Source: Candidatus Woesearchaeota archaeon
GTDB taxonomy: Archaea; Nanobdellota; Nanobdellia; Woesearchaeales; GW2011-AR9
Length of the DNA stretch: 64,000 nucleotides
Direction of reading: 5' to 3'
NCBI GenBank assembly: GCA_018696595.1
Contig: JABHQW010000008.1
Span: forward strand, 128,001-192,000
Shown: piece by piece, positions 28,106 through 37,812 of the stretch
Position numbering within the stretch: the stretch's first letter is position 1
Layout of the letters: every line of letters starts with the position of its first letter
The notes under the pieces: generated by a model
Told to the model about the DNA's origin: nothing
Seen by the model: only the letters and a program-made list of their open reading frames with translations
Databases searched by the model: none
Made by a program: the position numbers and the translations under genes

Positions 28106-29338
28106 TTAATATTTATGTAGTATATCACCAATTAAATATAAAGAGCCGGAAACTAGAACAAAATCATCTTCATTAGCAATATTTAAAGCCTCTTTTACCG
28201 CTTCTTCAGAATCTTTAACAATTTTAACGTTGGGATTATATTCTTTGACAGCTTCTGCTAATTCTTCAACAGGAGTCGGTTTAAAACTTCCTTCTGTTAC
28301 AATTATCTGTTCAAACAAAGGAACTAACAAAGAAACCATTTCATTTAGTTTTTTATCTTTAGCAATTCCTAAAACAAGTATTTTCCTTTTCCTAATTGTC
28401 TTAACAAAATTTACTAAATATTTAATCCCAGCAATGTTATGCGCACCATCAACCATTAACAAAGGGTTCTCTTGCAAAGTTTGTAATCTTCCTGCCCAGA
28501 GTGTTTTTTCTAGTCCCCATTTTACTTTATTAATTGGAATCTCTAATTGTTTTGCAATTAGTAAAGCTAAACAAGCATTCCTGATTTGATGTTCACCTAA
28601 CATTTTAATTGTAAAAGTATTGTTCTTTACAGTAAATGTTTGTGTATTGAAATTGGATTTATTAATCTTATATTTTAATTGATCATCTAAAACTACTAAA
28701 AAAGAATTTTTCTCTTTACATTTATTTTCAAAAATATTTAAAACAATAGGATCTGTTTCAGCAGTTATAACAACTTTCTTTTCCTTAATAATCGCTGCCT
28801 TCTCTTTAGCGATTTCTTCTTTAGTTTCTCCCAATATTTTAGTATGTTCTAAAGAAACATTTGTAATCACACATAAATCTGGGTCAATTACATTAGTTGC
28901 ATCTAATCTGCCACCAAGACCAACTTCAATGATTGCAAAATCAACCCCTTCATTAGCAAAATGTTGAAAAGCCATTGCGGTAGTAAATTCAAAGAAAGTA
29001 GTATCAATATTATTAGTTTCAACTTGTTCTCTGATTATCTTAGTTAGCTCAACAATATTTTCATCCGAAATATCTTTGCCATTAATCTTGATTCGTTCGT
29101 TAAAGTTAACTAAATGTGGACTAGTATATAACCCAACTTTGTAACCCGCTTCTTCCAATATCTGAGCAAGAAAAGCAGCAGTACTTCCTTTCCCATTAGT
29201 TCCCGCAATATGAATTGATTTAAACTTATTTTGAGGATTATCTAAAGCAGAAACTAGCTTCTCCATTTCTTCTAAACGTAATTTGTCTCCAAATTTCTTT
29301 AATCCATATAGGTAATCCAATACTTGTTCTTTCATCAT
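28106..29338 (-). CDS. folC: folylpolyglutamate synthase/dihydrofolate synthase
   Basis: Minus strand by direct reading; HIAGTNGKGS, YTSPHL, EVGLGGRLDATN, DGAHN, GSLYL. Confidence 0.95.
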   Translation of the reverse strand: MMKEQVLDYLYGLKKFGDKLRLEEMEKLVSALDNPQNKFKSIHIAGTNGKGSTAAFLAQILEEAGYKVGLYTSPHLVNFNERIKINGKDISDENIVELTKIIREQVETNNIDTTFFEFTTAMAFQHFANEGVDFAIIEVGLGGRLDATNVIDPDLCVITNVSLEHTKILGETKEEIAKEKAAIIKEKKVVITAETDPIVLNIFENKCKEKNSFLVVLDDQLKYKINKSNFNTQTFTVKNNTFTIKMLGEHQIRNACLALLIAKQLEIPINKVKWGLEKTLWAGRLQTLQENPLLMVDGAHNIAGIKYLVNFVKTIRKRKILVLGIAKDKKLNEMVSLLVPLFEQIIVTEGSFKPTPVEELAEAVKEYNPNVKIVKDSEEAVKEALNIANEDDFVLVSGSLYLIGDILHKY

Positions 29339-29403
29339 TATTTCGGGACACCATAACCTATTTAAAGATTTAGCATCTACAATATAATTGGGGTGGTTTA
29401 AGA

Positions 29404-30270
29404 GTGGAATCTTATCTTAATATAATCAAAAAAATTCTAAAAAAAGGAGAATTAAAACATAGCAGAACCGAAGTTGGCACTATTGCTATTGCAGGAGCAA
29501 TGTTCGAACACGACATGACAAATGGGTTTCCTTTGTTAACAACAAAAAAAGTACCGTTTAGGTTAGTTGCTTCTGAATTAGAATTCTTCATTAAAGGAAT
29601 TACAGATAAACAATGGTTAATTGAAAGAAATAACCATATTTGGGATGAATGGTGTTCTCCAAAAATTATTCCTTATGGTCATGATCAAGAAACAAAAACA
29701 AAAATGATGGAAGAACGTGAGTTGGGACCGATTTATGGATGGCAATGGCGAAACTTTGGTGCTAAATATGTTTCCCATAACCAACAACCAGAAGGGAAAG
29801 GGATTGATCAGTTCAAGAAATTAGTTGAAAAACTAAAAGAGAACCCCTTGGATCGAAGAATGATTGTTTCCGCTTGGAATCCTTTAGATATTCCCAATAT
29901 GGCTTTACCACCTTGTCATTATGGTTTTCAAGTTACAGTTATCAATGGTAGATTAAATTTACTTTGGAATCAAAGATCTGTTGATTCTGCATTAGGGTTA
30001 CCATTCAATATTGCCAGTTATGCTTTATTATTACATCTGTTAGCAAAAGAAGCAGGATTGAAAGAAGGAAAATTAATTGGTTTTCTGGGAGACACCCACG
30101 TATATGAAAATCATGTTGAAGGGTTGAAAGAACAATTGTCTCGAGAACCTAAAACACTTCCAAAGATTAAAACAGAAAACTTCACCTCAATCTTTAATTG
30201 GAAATATACTGATTCAATTATTGAAAATTATGAAGCACACTCAAGAATAAAATTTGAGATCGCTGTATAA
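29404..30270 (+). CDS. thyA: thymidylate synthase
   Basis: LGPIYGWQWR, MALPPCH, QRSVD, GLPFNIASY, GDTHVYENH. Confidence 0.97.
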   Translation: MESYLNIIKKILKKGELKHSRTEVGTIAIAGAMFEHDMTNGFPLLTTKKVPFRLVASELEFFIKGITDKQWLIERNNHIWDEWCSPKIIPYGHDQETKTKMMEERELGPIYGWQWRNFGAKYVSHNQQPEGKGIDQFKKLVEKLKENPLDRRMIVSAWNPLDIPNMALPPCHYGFQVTVINGRLNLLWNQRSVDSALGLPFNIASYALLLHLLAKEAGLKEGKLIGFLGDTHVYENHVEGLKEQLSREPKTLPKIKTENFTSIFNWKYTDSIIENYEAHSRIKFEIAV

Positions 30271-30271
30271 A

Positions 30272-30751
30272 ATGGTTAGCATAATTGTTGGAATGACAAA
30301 TAACAGAGTTATTGGTAAAGATAATTCTTTGATTTGGCATATTCCTGAAGACTTAAAAAACTTTAAAGAACTAACTTCCAACAATACAGTAATCATGGGT
30401 AGAAAAACGTGGGAAAGTATTCCAGAAAAGTTTAGACCGCTTCCGAACAGGAACAATATCGTCATCAGTAGAAATCTTAGTTCTATCGAAGGCGCAGAGG
30501 TTTGTTCTTCTGTGGCAAATGCTTTAGAAAAAGCTAAATCTTATGAGAAAGAAGTTTTTGTTATCGGTGGATCTTCAATTTATGAACAAACATTACATTT
30601 AGCAAGCAAAATTTATTTATCTTACATTAGAAAAGAATATGATGGTGACACTTACTTTCCAAGATTTAATGAAGATGATTGGGAAATAACTGAAACAAAA
30701 GATTTTGCAGAATTTAAGTTTGTGGTTTATGAAAAAAAAGGAGAACGATAA
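30272..30751 (+). CDS. folA: dihydrofolate reductase
   Basis: IGKDNSLIWHIPEDL, VIMGRKTWES, PLPNR, IGG, GDTYFP. Confidence 0.96.
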   Translation: MVSIIVGMTNNRVIGKDNSLIWHIPEDLKNFKELTSNNTVIMGRKTWESIPEKFRPLPNRNNIVISRNLSSIEGAEVCSSVANALEKAKSYEKEVFVIGGSSIYEQTLHLASKIYLSYIRKEYDGDTYFPRFNEDDWEITETKDFAEFKFVVYEKKGER

Positions 30752-30752
30752 A

Positions 30753-32087
30753 ATGAAAGACCAAGAAGTTGCTAAAATAATCAAGAAAGAAGAGAATAAA
30801 CAACAATTTAAACTATCTATGATTCCTTCTGAAAACTTTTTTTCTGCCTCTGTTAGGGAAGCAGTAGGTTCGGTTTTTATGCATAAGTATGCAGAAGGAA
30901 ATGTTGGCAAAAGATATTATGAGGGGAATCAGTTTGTTGATGAATTAGAATTATTAACAATAAAAAGAGCAAAGAAAGCGTTTAATCTTCCTGAAGATTG
31001 GGGTGTAAATGTACAAGCTCTTGCTGGCAGTAATGCTAACTTAGCAGTTTATTTAACTTTACTAAAAATAGGAGATACAATTATGGGCATGTACTTGCCT
31101 GACGGTGGACATCTTAGCCATGGTTGGAGTTATGAGCCAAAAACAATTCAGGATCCAAACGAATCAACATATATGGGAGGATCTAGAAAAGTAAACATCT
31201 CTTCTAAGATCTTTAAAACAGTCCAGTATAAAACAAATCCCAATACACAATTATTTGATTATGAAGAAATTGAAAGAACTGCTTTAGAACATAAACCTAA
31301 ATTAATAATTACTGGCGGAACTGCTTATCCAAGAGAGATTGATTATGTTCGTATGAAACAAATTGCAGAGAAAGTTGGCGCTTATTATTTAGCAGATATT
31401 GCTCACGAAGCTGGCTTAATTGCCGCAGGTGTAAATAAATCTCCAGTTGGCATTGCTGATGTGGTTACTATGACTACGCATAAAACTTTACGCTCTGGAA
31501 GAGGGGCTTTGATATTATCTAATCAAGATATGATTAAAAAAATTAATCGTTCAATTCTTCCTGGATTACAAGGCGGACCGTTCAACCATTCCATTGCTGG
31601 AATTTGTGTTGGCTTAGGAGAAACATTAACCCCAGAATTTAAAGAATATGCATTCCAAACTGTTAAAAATGCCCGGTTTCTTTGTTCAGAGTTACAAAAG
31701 TTTGATTTTAAAATAGTTTCTGGCGGAACAGATAAACATTTGATTTTAATTGATTTAACGAATAAACCTTTATTGGGAAAGAAATTTGCACGTGCTTTAG
31801 ATTATGCGGGAATAATTGCTAACATGAACACGATGCCTCAAGAAACTAAGAGTCCCGCTAATCCTTCTGCTTTACGTTTAGGAACGCCTTGGATTACTAC
31901 TAGAGGAATGAAAGAATCGGAAATGACTTTAATTGCTGGTTGGATTAATTCCGTCATGGAAATTTGTTCCTCGTGGAATGAATTGGAGTTTGTTGAATTC
32001 GAGGAGAAAGTAAAATCATCCACAGAAATTGCTGAGATTGCTAATCAGGTTCAAGAATTATGTATGAAGTTCCCTTTGGAGATTTAA
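30753..32087 (+). CDS. glyA: serine hydroxymethyltransferase
   Basis: KYAEG, GGHLSHG, DIAHEAGL, TTHKTLR, SALRLGT. Confidence 0.96.
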   Translation: MKDQEVAKIIKKEENKQQFKLSMIPSENFFSASVREAVGSVFMHKYAEGNVGKRYYEGNQFVDELELLTIKRAKKAFNLPEDWGVNVQALAGSNANLAVYLTLLKIGDTIMGMYLPDGGHLSHGWSYEPKTIQDPNESTYMGGSRKVNISSKIFKTVQYKTNPNTQLFDYEEIERTALEHKPKLIITGGTAYPREIDYVRMKQIAEKVGAYYLADIAHEAGLIAAGVNKSPVGIADVVTMTTHKTLRSGRGALILSNQDMIKKINRSILPGLQGGPFNHSIAGICVGLGETLTPEFKEYAFQTVKNARFLCSELQKFDFKIVSGGTDKHLILIDLTNKPLLGKKFARALDYAGIIANMNTMPQETKSPANPSALRLGTPWITTRGMKESEMTLIAGWINSVMEICSSWNELEFVEFEEKVKSSTEIAEIANQVQELCMKFPLEI

Positions 32088-32138
32088 TATATCCTGAAGT
32101 TACAATAAGTTTATATTTAAGACTTAAATAATAAAATT

Positions 32139-32639
32139 ATGCCAAAACCAGACCATTATCTATTTGTAGTTGATACTGATATGCATGCTGGTTATTTTGA
32201 GAGAGAATTGTGTGCCTACATTACTGGAAGTTTTGGAGAAGATCAAGTTGGGGAAACGGAAGCCCAAAAAGCAGAAGAAGAAGCTCTCGAATTAACCTCA
32301 GAATTAGAAAAGATAATTGAATTTGTTCCTTCTCGAGATAATTGTTTGAGACCTTGTGAGATTTTTCCAAACCAAAATTATGGAACAAACAGAGAAGGCA
32401 AAGCAATGAAAGTAACTGATGTAAACAAAAACCAATTAACTTTCCCGGCAAATACTAGCGTTGCTATTTATTTTAGTTCAATTCCTAGCCCTCAAGCAAT
32501 AAAAACTATGAAAGAACGAGCAATCACCGTGGCATCTGAAGGAATTGGCAGACATAATGTTTTTCCAGAAATTGAAGGATTCAGATTATTAGAACAACAT
32601 ACAACATATAATGAATTAAAAATGCCTTCTTCAAACTAA
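32139..32639 (+). CDS. hypothetical protein
   Basis: 166-aa ORF with its own TATA-like upstream sequence; no recognised family. Confidence 0.65.
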   Translation: MPKPDHYLFVVDTDMHAGYFERELCAYITGSFGEDQVGETEAQKAEEEALELTSELEKIIEFVPSRDNCLRPCEIFPNQNYGTNREGKAMKVTDVNKNQLTFPANTSVAIYFSSIPSPQAIKTMKERAITVASEGIGRHNVFPEIEGFRLLEQHTTYNELKMPSSN

Positions 32640-32647
32640 TTTTAACT

Positions 32648-32959
32648 TTAATGTTTTTCCAAGAACTCTTTAACCCTACTTTCACCCTTAGGTTCTGCAG
32701 CATCTCCGAGTTCATAATAGATTTTCTCAACAGTATCTCCCCAAGAGAATTCTCCTTTCTCTTCCTTGATTGTATTAATATTAATTTCTTTAGTTTGAGT
32801 TCCTTTCCTTAAATGATAATATATGCTTCTTTGAGTCACAGGAGGAAACACTTCTTTGTAAATCTTAGAAATCTGATAACCGTAACCTTTTCCCAAGTAG
32901 AATAAGATTTCAATTATGTTCTGTCGAATTTGACTTTTTGTGGGCCTTCCTCTTACCAT
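32648..32959 (-). CDS. small winged-helix-like hypothetical protein
   Basis: GYGYQISKIY, RSIYYHL pattern. Confidence 0.6.
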   Translation of the reverse strand: MVRGRPTKSQIRQNIIEILFYLGKGYGYQISKIYKEVFPPVTQRSIYYHLRKGTQTKEININTIKEEKGEFSWGDTVEKIYYELGDAAEPKGESRVKEFLEKH

Positions 32960-33064
32960 AAAAAGTAAATGTCGTTCTTATTTATATTTGTTTTCCTTAT
33001 TGTAAATAAACCCCTCCACAAATTTTATATACTTCTCTGTCATTAAACATTCGGTGACATCAAA

Positions 33065-33295
33065 ATGAAAGCGTTTATCTTAGTTTCATTAAATGAAGGA
33101 AATGAACAAACAGTTTTAGATGAATTAAAAGCTATGCCAGAAATTGTTAACGCCTATGTTTTATTTGGAGAATGGGACATTTTGACAGAAGTCGAATTAT
33201 CAGGAGTTGAAGAGTTAGGGTCTTTTGTGATGGAGAAAATTCGTTCCAGAGAAGATGTAAAATTAACCAGTACATTAGTAGTAGCAGGAAAATAA
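33065..33295 (+). CDS. Lrp/AsnC ligand-binding domain protein
   Basis: LFGEWDIL, TSTLVV; 76 aa. Confidence 0.85.
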   Translation: MKAFILVSLNEGNEQTVLDELKAMPEIVNAYVLFGEWDILTEVELSGVEELGSFVMEKIRSREDVKLTSTLVVAGK

Positions 33296-33607
33296 ATGGC
33301 TAAACCAGTAATTCCAAAAAGTAAACAGAAAGAAATTGCTAAAGAAAGGGTAAAAATTCTCTTTCAGCAAGCAGAAGAAGTTTTCTCTAAAAATAAATCT
33401 CTTGCTAATCGTTATGTAACTCTTGCTAGAAAGATATCAATGAAAGTAAAAATCAGAATCCCTTTAGAATTAAAAAGAAAATTCTGTAAACATTGTTACA
33501 AATTCATGATGCCAGGAGTTAATTCTAGAGTTCGTACTCGAGATGGCAAAGTAATCATTTCTTGTTTGGAATGTAAGAAGTTCACTCGAATTCTGACCAA
33601 AAAATAA
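33296..33607 (+). CDS. rnp4: RNase P protein component 4 (Rpp21)
   Basis: IAKERVKILF, ANRYV, KRKFCKHC, CLEC. Confidence 0.9.
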   Translation: MAKPVIPKSKQKEIAKERVKILFQQAEEVFSKNKSLANRYVTLARKISMKVKIRIPLELKRKFCKHCYKFMMPGVNSRVRTRDGKVIISCLECKKFTRILTKK

Positions 33608-33627
33608 ATTTTTTATTTAATTTTACT

Positions 33628-33643
33628 TTTCCATTTTTGGAAA
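33628..33643. promoter_or_regulatory. palindrome TTTCCA-N4-TGGAAA, possible operator
   Basis: Perfect 6-bp inverted repeat upstream of the promoter of an HTH-led operon. Confidence 0.35.
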
Positions 33644-33716
33644 GAATATTCCCTTTAAGAAATATATATTTTAATAATAGAAAAGTATATAAATAAACAA
33701 ATCGTAAGAAACAACT

Positions 33717-33974
33717 ATGAGCCTATTTTTAGATTTACTAGATAAAAAAGTAATTAACATATTAAAAGTACTAACTAGTAATCCAAAAGAACATTTTCAT
33801 ATCCAAAAACTATCTTCTCGGGCTAAAGTTCCTTTGTCTTCTACATTCAGAATTGTCAATAGGTTGACTAAAATTAAAGTAATCACAATCACAAAAATAA
33901 ATAAATTCAAAATTTATCAAATAAATGAAGATAAAATGTCTGAATTGAAATTGTTATTGGGGGAGAACAAATGA
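33717..33974 (+). CDS. winged HTH protein
   Basis: FHIQKLSSRAKVPLSSTFRIVNRL helix-turn-helix pattern; stop overlaps the next start. Confidence 0.7.
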   Translation: MSLFLDLLDKKVINILKVLTSNPKEHFHIQKLSSRAKVPLSSTFRIVNRLTKIKVITITKINKFKIYQINEDKMSELKLLLGENK

Positions 33975-35983
33975 AAAAAGGGCAAGTAACAATTTACATT
34001 ATACTAGGGATTTTACTTTTAATAGTTATCGCTTCAGCAATTACAATCACAATAATGACTTCTGTTAAACAGATTGAAGTAGAAAAAGAGAAAGTAGTTC
34101 AAGAAATCAGCGAAGGCGGACAGATAAAGATATTTATTGAATCTTGTTTAGAAAAAAGTACTAAAAAAGGCCTAAAAGAGATAGGATTAAAAGGGGGTTA
34201 TAACGATGTTCCATTATCAATTATTTATGGAAATGCTAGTTATTGGTTTGTTGATCAAATAAATATTCAACCCTCATTAGAAACTATCAAAAAAAGATTG
34301 GAAAGTTTTATTGAAAAAGACATTAAAAAATGTTTAAACTATTCTACTTTTGTTAAACAAGGGTTTATAGTTGAAGAAAATTTGCTAAAAAGTGAGATCA
34401 CTTTTGAAAGAGCAAACACACAATCTAAATTAAAATATCTAATTACAATTAAAAAAGGTTCTTTTGAAAAAGAATTTGACAATTTTGTGATTGAACTTAA
34501 GGTCCCATTTAGAGAAATGTTTGAAACCGCCTCACAAATAATAAATCTACAAATGGATGTAGACTTTAAAAGATTTTATCCTTTAGAAAATTTAAATATA
34601 ACTATAGTTGAAGTTTCTTATTCTCAACCAGAAGAGAACATTTTAATTTACATTATTAAAGAAAAAGAAGTTAGAGAGAATGAGGAATACCCTTTAATTT
34701 TTGCTAGTAAATTTGGACCTTCTTACTTAAAGAAAAGCATATCGTTGCAAGATAAAAGTAACGTTGTTTCTACAGTCTTGCCTTTAATTCTTAGTTCGAT
34801 TGATAAAATGATAAAACTAATTATTACCCCAGGAACAACGGTGAACTTAAATGGTGCTGCTGTAAAAGAAATTACGGTTCAACAATCTTATCCCGAAAGT
34901 GTTACAAGAGAAAATGTTCCTTTTATTGAAAAGTTAGATGATTCCGTTGAGTACGGTAATCTTACTTGGAATTTAACATACCCACTTTACCAATTTGAAC
35001 CAAGCGGAATGAGATTTAACGACCCACAAAGATTAATCATTCATTGGGATGAGAACCACTTGCCACGTATAGGTAGAATGGGAATATTATATTTTGATGA
35101 AACAGGGTGGCGCCCCTTGCCTTCTAAAGCAAACTATGATGAAAATTATATTTACACAGACCTTCCTGGTTGGGGTTCACCACAAACTATCAACCCACAA
35201 GATAATTTTATTGGTGCAGCAATCAGCGGTTTGGCCACAATAGATCCTCAATCAGAAGCAATTAAACCAAAAATTACTGCAGTAGATTGTGGTAAACAAG
35301 TCCGTAAATCAGTAAGTACTTCTGCTAAGATTGATCCAGGAGGAGGATGTTTTGCCAAATTAGGAATTATGATTGTTGTTATAATTATCCTGATTGTTAT
35401 AATGATTGTAACTTTTGGTGCTGCAGGTCCCGCCGAGGTAGCAGCATTAGCTGCTTATCAAAGTACACTAGCGGCAACCGGTTCTATTGAATTGGCAACT
35501 ACTGCTGCAGAAATCGCAGCCCTTACTGCCTTAGAGGCTTCTGTAGCGGCAGGAACTATGACTTCTGCTGCTGCAATAGCAGCGGCGTCAGCTGCGGCAA
35601 CAGCGGCGTCAGCAGGAACACTAGGCAGTGTATTTATTACTGGTGGTGCAGCAGCTGCTAGTTTCTGGGCAAACTTGGGAGCAGTAAGTTTTGCGGGTTG
35701 GGGGTTAGCTGTCGGTGGTGCATTAGTTGGAGGAATGCTTCTTAGCGGAGCGATGGCTTTTGGAGCGGGACATGATTCAATATCTTTCACACCTACATGT
35801 GATCAAACAATTGACATTCATCTTTCTGAGAATGGTGGAAGTGGGGGATGTAGTCCCAGTGGAGAAATCCAAGTTAGTGGTGGAGAACCAGTGAGTATCA
35901 AGTCACAAATTAGAAAATGCAGCTTTATACGGGGGATGATTTGTATAGACTGCTCGATTAAATGTGGTACAAGATATAAATGA
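33971..35983 (+). CDS. class III signal peptide protein with ZU5-like domain and long Ala/Gly-rich hydrophobic region
   Basis: MKKG|QVTIY leader; FEPSGMRF...W motif; about 140 aa hydrophobic Ala/Gly stretch; Cys-rich end. Confidence 0.6.
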   Translation: MKKGQVTIYIILGILLLIVIASAITITIMTSVKQIEVEKEKVVQEISEGGQIKIFIESCLEKSTKKGLKEIGLKGGYNDVPLSIIYGNASYWFVDQINIQPSLETIKKRLESFIEKDIKKCLNYSTFVKQGFIVEENLLKSEITFERANTQSKLKYLITIKKGSFEKEFDNFVIELKVPFREMFETASQIINLQMDVDFKRFYPLENLNITIVEVSYSQPEENILIYIIKEKEVRENEEYPLIFASKFGPSYLKKSISLQDKSNVVSTVLPLILSSIDKMIKLIITPGTTVNLNGAAVKEITVQQSYPESVTRENVPFIEKLDDSVEYGNLTWNLTYPLYQFEPSGMRFNDPQRLIIHWDENHLPRIGRMGILYFDETGWRPLPSKANYDENYIYTDLPGWGSPQTINPQDNFIGAAISGLATIDPQSEAIKPKITAVDCGKQVRKSVSTSAKIDPGGGCFAKLGIMIVVIIILIVIMIVTFGAAGPAEVAALAAYQSTLAATGSIELATTAAEIAALTALEASVAAGTMTSAAAIAAASAAATAASAGTLGSVFITGGAAAASFWANLGAVSFAGWGLAVGGALVGGMLLSGAMAFGAGHDSISFTPTCDQTIDIHLSENGGSGGCSPSGEIQVSGGEPVSIKSQIRKCSFIRGMICIDCSIKCGTRYK

Positions 35984-37812
35984 AAGAAGAAAATAAAAAA
36001 CAAATCTTTGTATTTTTAAGTATTGTGATAACTATAGTTTTAACTTTTACTTTAATATCAAATAGAGAAAATTTTGTAGGATTAGTTGCTTATGCCAACA
36101 TTGGTTGTTGTGATTTGATTTGTCAGGAAACTTCTTTAGCAGAATGTCCTGGTAATCTTCATCCCGGACAAGATTGTAATAGTATAAAGCAATGTAATGT
36201 TGGTTGTTGCATTGATAAAGAAGGATATTGTTTGGACAATTACTTGAAAGGCAGTTGTGAAGATCAAGGGACTTTCGAAGCTAAAAGTTGTATTAATGTT
36301 CCACAATGCGTTGTAGAAAAAGAAAAACAAGATATGGCCCAATCAATTGGTTACCCAATAATTTATACTCAAGACAGTCTAATTTTCTCGGAACCGATAA
36401 CTGGAAAATGGGGTCTGCCTTTTGTAGTAAAAGCTTTATTATTCAAACAGGAGAATATAAGTAATATTGATGTCCAAATAACCAGCACAGATCACTTAGA
36501 AAACTTAACTCTTTTTGATGATGGTAATCATGGAGATGGTAATGCAAACGATAATCTTTTTGCAGCAGTTTGGCAAAGCAAAAATGTCCCCCCATTTAAA
36601 GGAATTAAGAATTTTGAATTAAGTCAAAACGGAAATAAGAACAATTTAATTCTTTCTGCAAGTGATTGTTTGCCATTAGGTGGCCATTCAATAAATACAA
36701 ATAATACCCAAAACATAATTTTTGTTGGATATGAAGAAAATAAGGAAATTACTTTCTTTAAAAATAAAGCCAATAATTTGTTTAATGTGATTACTGAAAT
36801 TGCAATTAAAAAGAGTCTGGCCAATATTGAATCAGTAGAAGAATATTTTTCAGAAAATAGTTACAATTATTATGTGTTAGCACAATCAATAGATCAACCA
36901 AATAAAAATTTAGTCTTAGATAAAGTAATTAACCAATGCAATTTTATTTTTAATATAAATGAAACGCCTTCAAATGAAACAAATGACGAAATAACCAAAA
37001 TAAAAAACATAATCTTTTTCTTAGATGAAGATTTTCCTTACTGTGAACAAAATAAAGATTATGTCCACGTCAACCCGGATTTTATGATTAATGCTTCTGT
37101 TACAAGTGACAATACAACTCAAACAGATTTTATTGAAAACTTCTGTGATTATGTAATAACTAAAGAAGAACTTAAAAATAAATATATGAGTGAACTGGTG
37201 CCACCTTACATCCAAATTAATGAAATTATTTTTAATCAGGAAGATAATCCAGAAATAAATTTGGATTTTACGATTTATGATAATAAAAATGAAACAATCA
37301 ATTATACTATCTATTTGGATTTAGATCATCCTTTAATGTATTTAAAACAAAACTTGACAACCAATGGAACTAAGATTAATTTAAACTTAACAATTCCGGA
37401 TGGGAAACACATAATGTGGATTGAGGCTGAAGATATAGATGGAAATATGGAATTATCAAAAGCGATACCAATTGAAAAGAATGTTAACGATTTCAGAGTT
37501 ATAATCAACTCCTTAGATGAAGTCTCGCACCTCACCTCTCCAGAAATAAGATTTGGTGTTTTTCATAAAGTTCCTGATTTTGATTTAAGTTACGAAATTT
37601 ATGCAAACAAAGAAGTTATATCTAAAGGGGAAGTTAAACCATTATTTGAAAAATCTGTCAAAACAGAACTTCCTGATGGGGAATATGTTATTTATATTGT
37701 TATAACAGACAAAAAAGGCAATAAGGCTAGTTCATGGCCGTACAAGATAATTGTTGGGACAGAAGTACAACCAGAAACTTATAGTGCAAATATTGAGTGG
37801 TATGAAGAATGA
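35980..37812 (+). CDS. secreted Cys-rich protein with LFDDG-H-D (choice-of-anchor X-like) motif and Ig-like domains
   Basis: N-terminal TM, GCC repeats, LFDDGNHGDGNANDNLF. Confidence 0.6.
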   Translation: MKEENKKQIFVFLSIVITIVLTFTLISNRENFVGLVAYANIGCCDLICQETSLAECPGNLHPGQDCNSIKQCNVGCCIDKEGYCLDNYLKGSCEDQGTFEAKSCINVPQCVVEKEKQDMAQSIGYPIIYTQDSLIFSEPITGKWGLPFVVKALLFKQENISNIDVQITSTDHLENLTLFDDGNHGDGNANDNLFAAVWQSKNVPPFKGIKNFELSQNGNKNNLILSASDCLPLGGHSINTNNTQNIIFVGYEENKEITFFKNKANNLFNVITEIAIKKSLANIESVEEYFSENSYNYYVLAQSIDQPNKNLVLDKVINQCNFIFNINETPSNETNDEITKIKNIIFFLDEDFPYCEQNKDYVHVNPDFMINASVTSDNTTQTDFIENFCDYVITKEELKNKYMSELVPPYIQINEIIFNQEDNPEINLDFTIYDNKNETINYTIYLDLDHPLMYLKQNLTTNGTKINLNLTIPDGKHIMWIEAEDIDGNMELSKAIPIEKNVNDFRVIINSLDEVSHLTSPEIRFGVFHKVPDFDLSYEIYANKEVISKGEVKPLFEKSVKTELPDGEYVIYIVITDKKGNKASSWPYKIIVGTEVQPETYSANIEWYEE

